Assembly (NCBI RefSeq): GCF_009914755.1
Contig: NC_060941.1
Direction: 5' to 3' (one strand)
DNA: 64,000 nt
From: the human T2T-CHM13v2.0 reference genome, Homo sapiens
In this document: positions 62,374 to 64,000 of the stretch, piece after piece
How positions within the stretch are numbered: position 1 is the stretch's first letter
How the letters are laid out: each line of letters starts with the position of its first letter
Notes under the pieces: generated by a model
Database searches by the model: none
Seen by the model: only the letters and a program-made list of their open reading frames with translations
What the model was told of the DNA's origin: nothing
Program-made: the position numbers and the translations under genes

Positions 62374-63664
62374 CTTTGTGGTTTTATCTACTTTTGGTCT
62401 TTGATGATGGTGATGTACGGATGGGTTTTTGGTGTGGATGTCCTTTCTGTTTGTTAGTTTTCCTTCTAACAGACAGGACCCTCAGCTGCAGGTCTGTTGG
62501 AGTTTGCTAGAGGTCCACTCCAGACCCTGTTTGCCTGGGTATCAGCAGCGGTGGCTGCAGAACAGCGGATTTTCGTGAACCGCGAATGCTGCTGTCTGAT
62601 CGTTCCTCTGGACGTTTTGTCTCAGAAGAGTACCCGGCCGTGTGAGGTGTCAGTCTGCCCCTACTGGGGGGTGCCTGCCAGTTAGGCTGCTCGGGGGTCA
62701 GGGGCCAGGGACCCACTTGAGGAGGCAGTCTGCCCGTTCTCAGATCTCCAGCTATGTGCTGGGAGAACCACTGCTGTCTTCAAAGCTGTCAGACAGGGAC
62801 ATTTAAGTCTGCAGAGGTTACTGCTGTCTTTTTGTTTGTCTGTGCCCTGCCCCCAGAGGTGGAGCCTACAGAGGCAGGCAGGCCTCCTTGAGCTGTGGTG
62901 GGCTCCACCCAGTTCGAGCTTCCCGGCTGCTTTGTTTACCTAAGCAAGCCTGGGCAATGGCGCACCCGTCCCCCAGCCTCGCTGCTGCCTTGCAGTTTGA
63001 TCTCAGACTGCTGTGCTAGCAATCAGCGAGACTCCGTGGGCGTAGAACCCTCCAAGCCAGGTGCGGGATATAATCTCCTGGTCCGTGGTTTTTTAAACCC
63101 GTCAGAAAAGCGCAGTATTAGGGTAGGAGTGTGACCCAATTTTCCAGGTGCCATCTGTCACCCCTTTCTTTGACTAGGAAAGGGAACTCCCTGAACCCTT
63201 GCACTTCCTGAGTGAGTCAATGCTTCACCCTGCTTTGGCTCATGCATGGTGCACTGCACCCACTGTCCTGCGCCCACTGTCTGGCACTCCCTAGTGAGAT
63301 GAACCTGGTACCTCAGATGGAAATGCAGAAATCACCCGTCTTCTGCATCGCTCACACTGGGAGCTGTAGACTGGAGCTGTTCCTATTCAGCCTTCTTGGC
63401 TGCCCCCTCTTTTTTTTAAATTCAATATTTTCTGACCATTGTGAATGGAAGTGGCTTTCAAAGATGGGGCTATGTATCTTTTGGTCTATTCTAGTCCATT
63501 TCCTCACAATCTATCATTATAAGGCTAAATACCATGGGGCACAGAGATGCTTAAGAAAGAAAACTGAAGGAGAGAGGGTGGGGTTTGGAACAGAATTAGC
63601 ATTTGTTGACCAGGTATCAGTTGATATTATCTCATATATTGTTTGCAAGAAGCCTGTGTCTATT

Positions 63665-63780
63665 TCCTATTTATAGATGATTAAACAGAGGTGAGAGAAG
63701 TTAATAAACATGTCCAGGTTGACAAAACTAGGAAGTGGCAGAGTTGACATTCGTATCTTTTTTTGTAGGACTCCAAACCC
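63665..63780 (-). mobile_element. MIR
   Basis: atttatagatgattaaacagagg...ggaagtggcagag. Confidence 0.6.
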
Positions 63781-64000
63781 CACCCCCCCTTTTTTTTCCC
63801 CATTAAACCATGAGGCCTCTGGACAAGATGAAGTATCTGACCTTTCAGCTTCTGGTACTGAAGAGAGCATTGCAGGTAGGCGTCCTCTTTGATGAGATAT
63901 GAGATGTCAAACCAACATATTATGATTACACACTATATAACTTCCAAGACATTTGTATATATTGATTATGATCTGGCTACAGGACATAATATTTGACTGC

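Noticed and set aside
63212-63676. 154-aa plus-strand ORF leaving the L1 5' end
   Set aside because: Non-ATG start, half antisense L1 UTR and half random flank, no coding signature

Overview
Primate (human-like) non-coding genomic DNA, either intergenic or deep in an intron. There is no supportable host protein-coding exon, rRNA, tRNA or CRISPR array. A large part of the window is interspersed repeat: about 22 Alu/FLAM elements (mostly minus strand, many with target-site duplications, TSDs), MaLR LTRs (THE1/MST/MLT1), an MLT2 LTR, ERV1-class solo LTRs (MER50-, LTR27/28- and MER57-like), old L1M/L2/MIR fragments, hAT MER relics, and one full-length but frameshifted L1PA3/4-type LINE-1 at ~57.2-63.4 kb (minus). 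Its ORF1/ORF2 fragments are the only real protein-like ORFs in the track. I found no new gene system. The best observations are footprints of mutational mechanisms: an Alu insertion carrying an inverted copy of its own empty target site and of its own 5' end (37.2-37.7 kb), an L1 with a doubled 3' end joined at an internal T-run, a dispersed 157-bp unique-sequence duplication, and a 41-bp locally templated insert in an AT tract. There are also candidate regulatory sites: a CTCF motif with a CpG halo, a TATA-Inr-splice donor unit, and an AP-1/STAT/TEAD/ETS cluster. Repeat subfamily names come from remembered consensus sequences and need RepeatMasker/Dfam confirmation; boundaries of old repeats are approximate.
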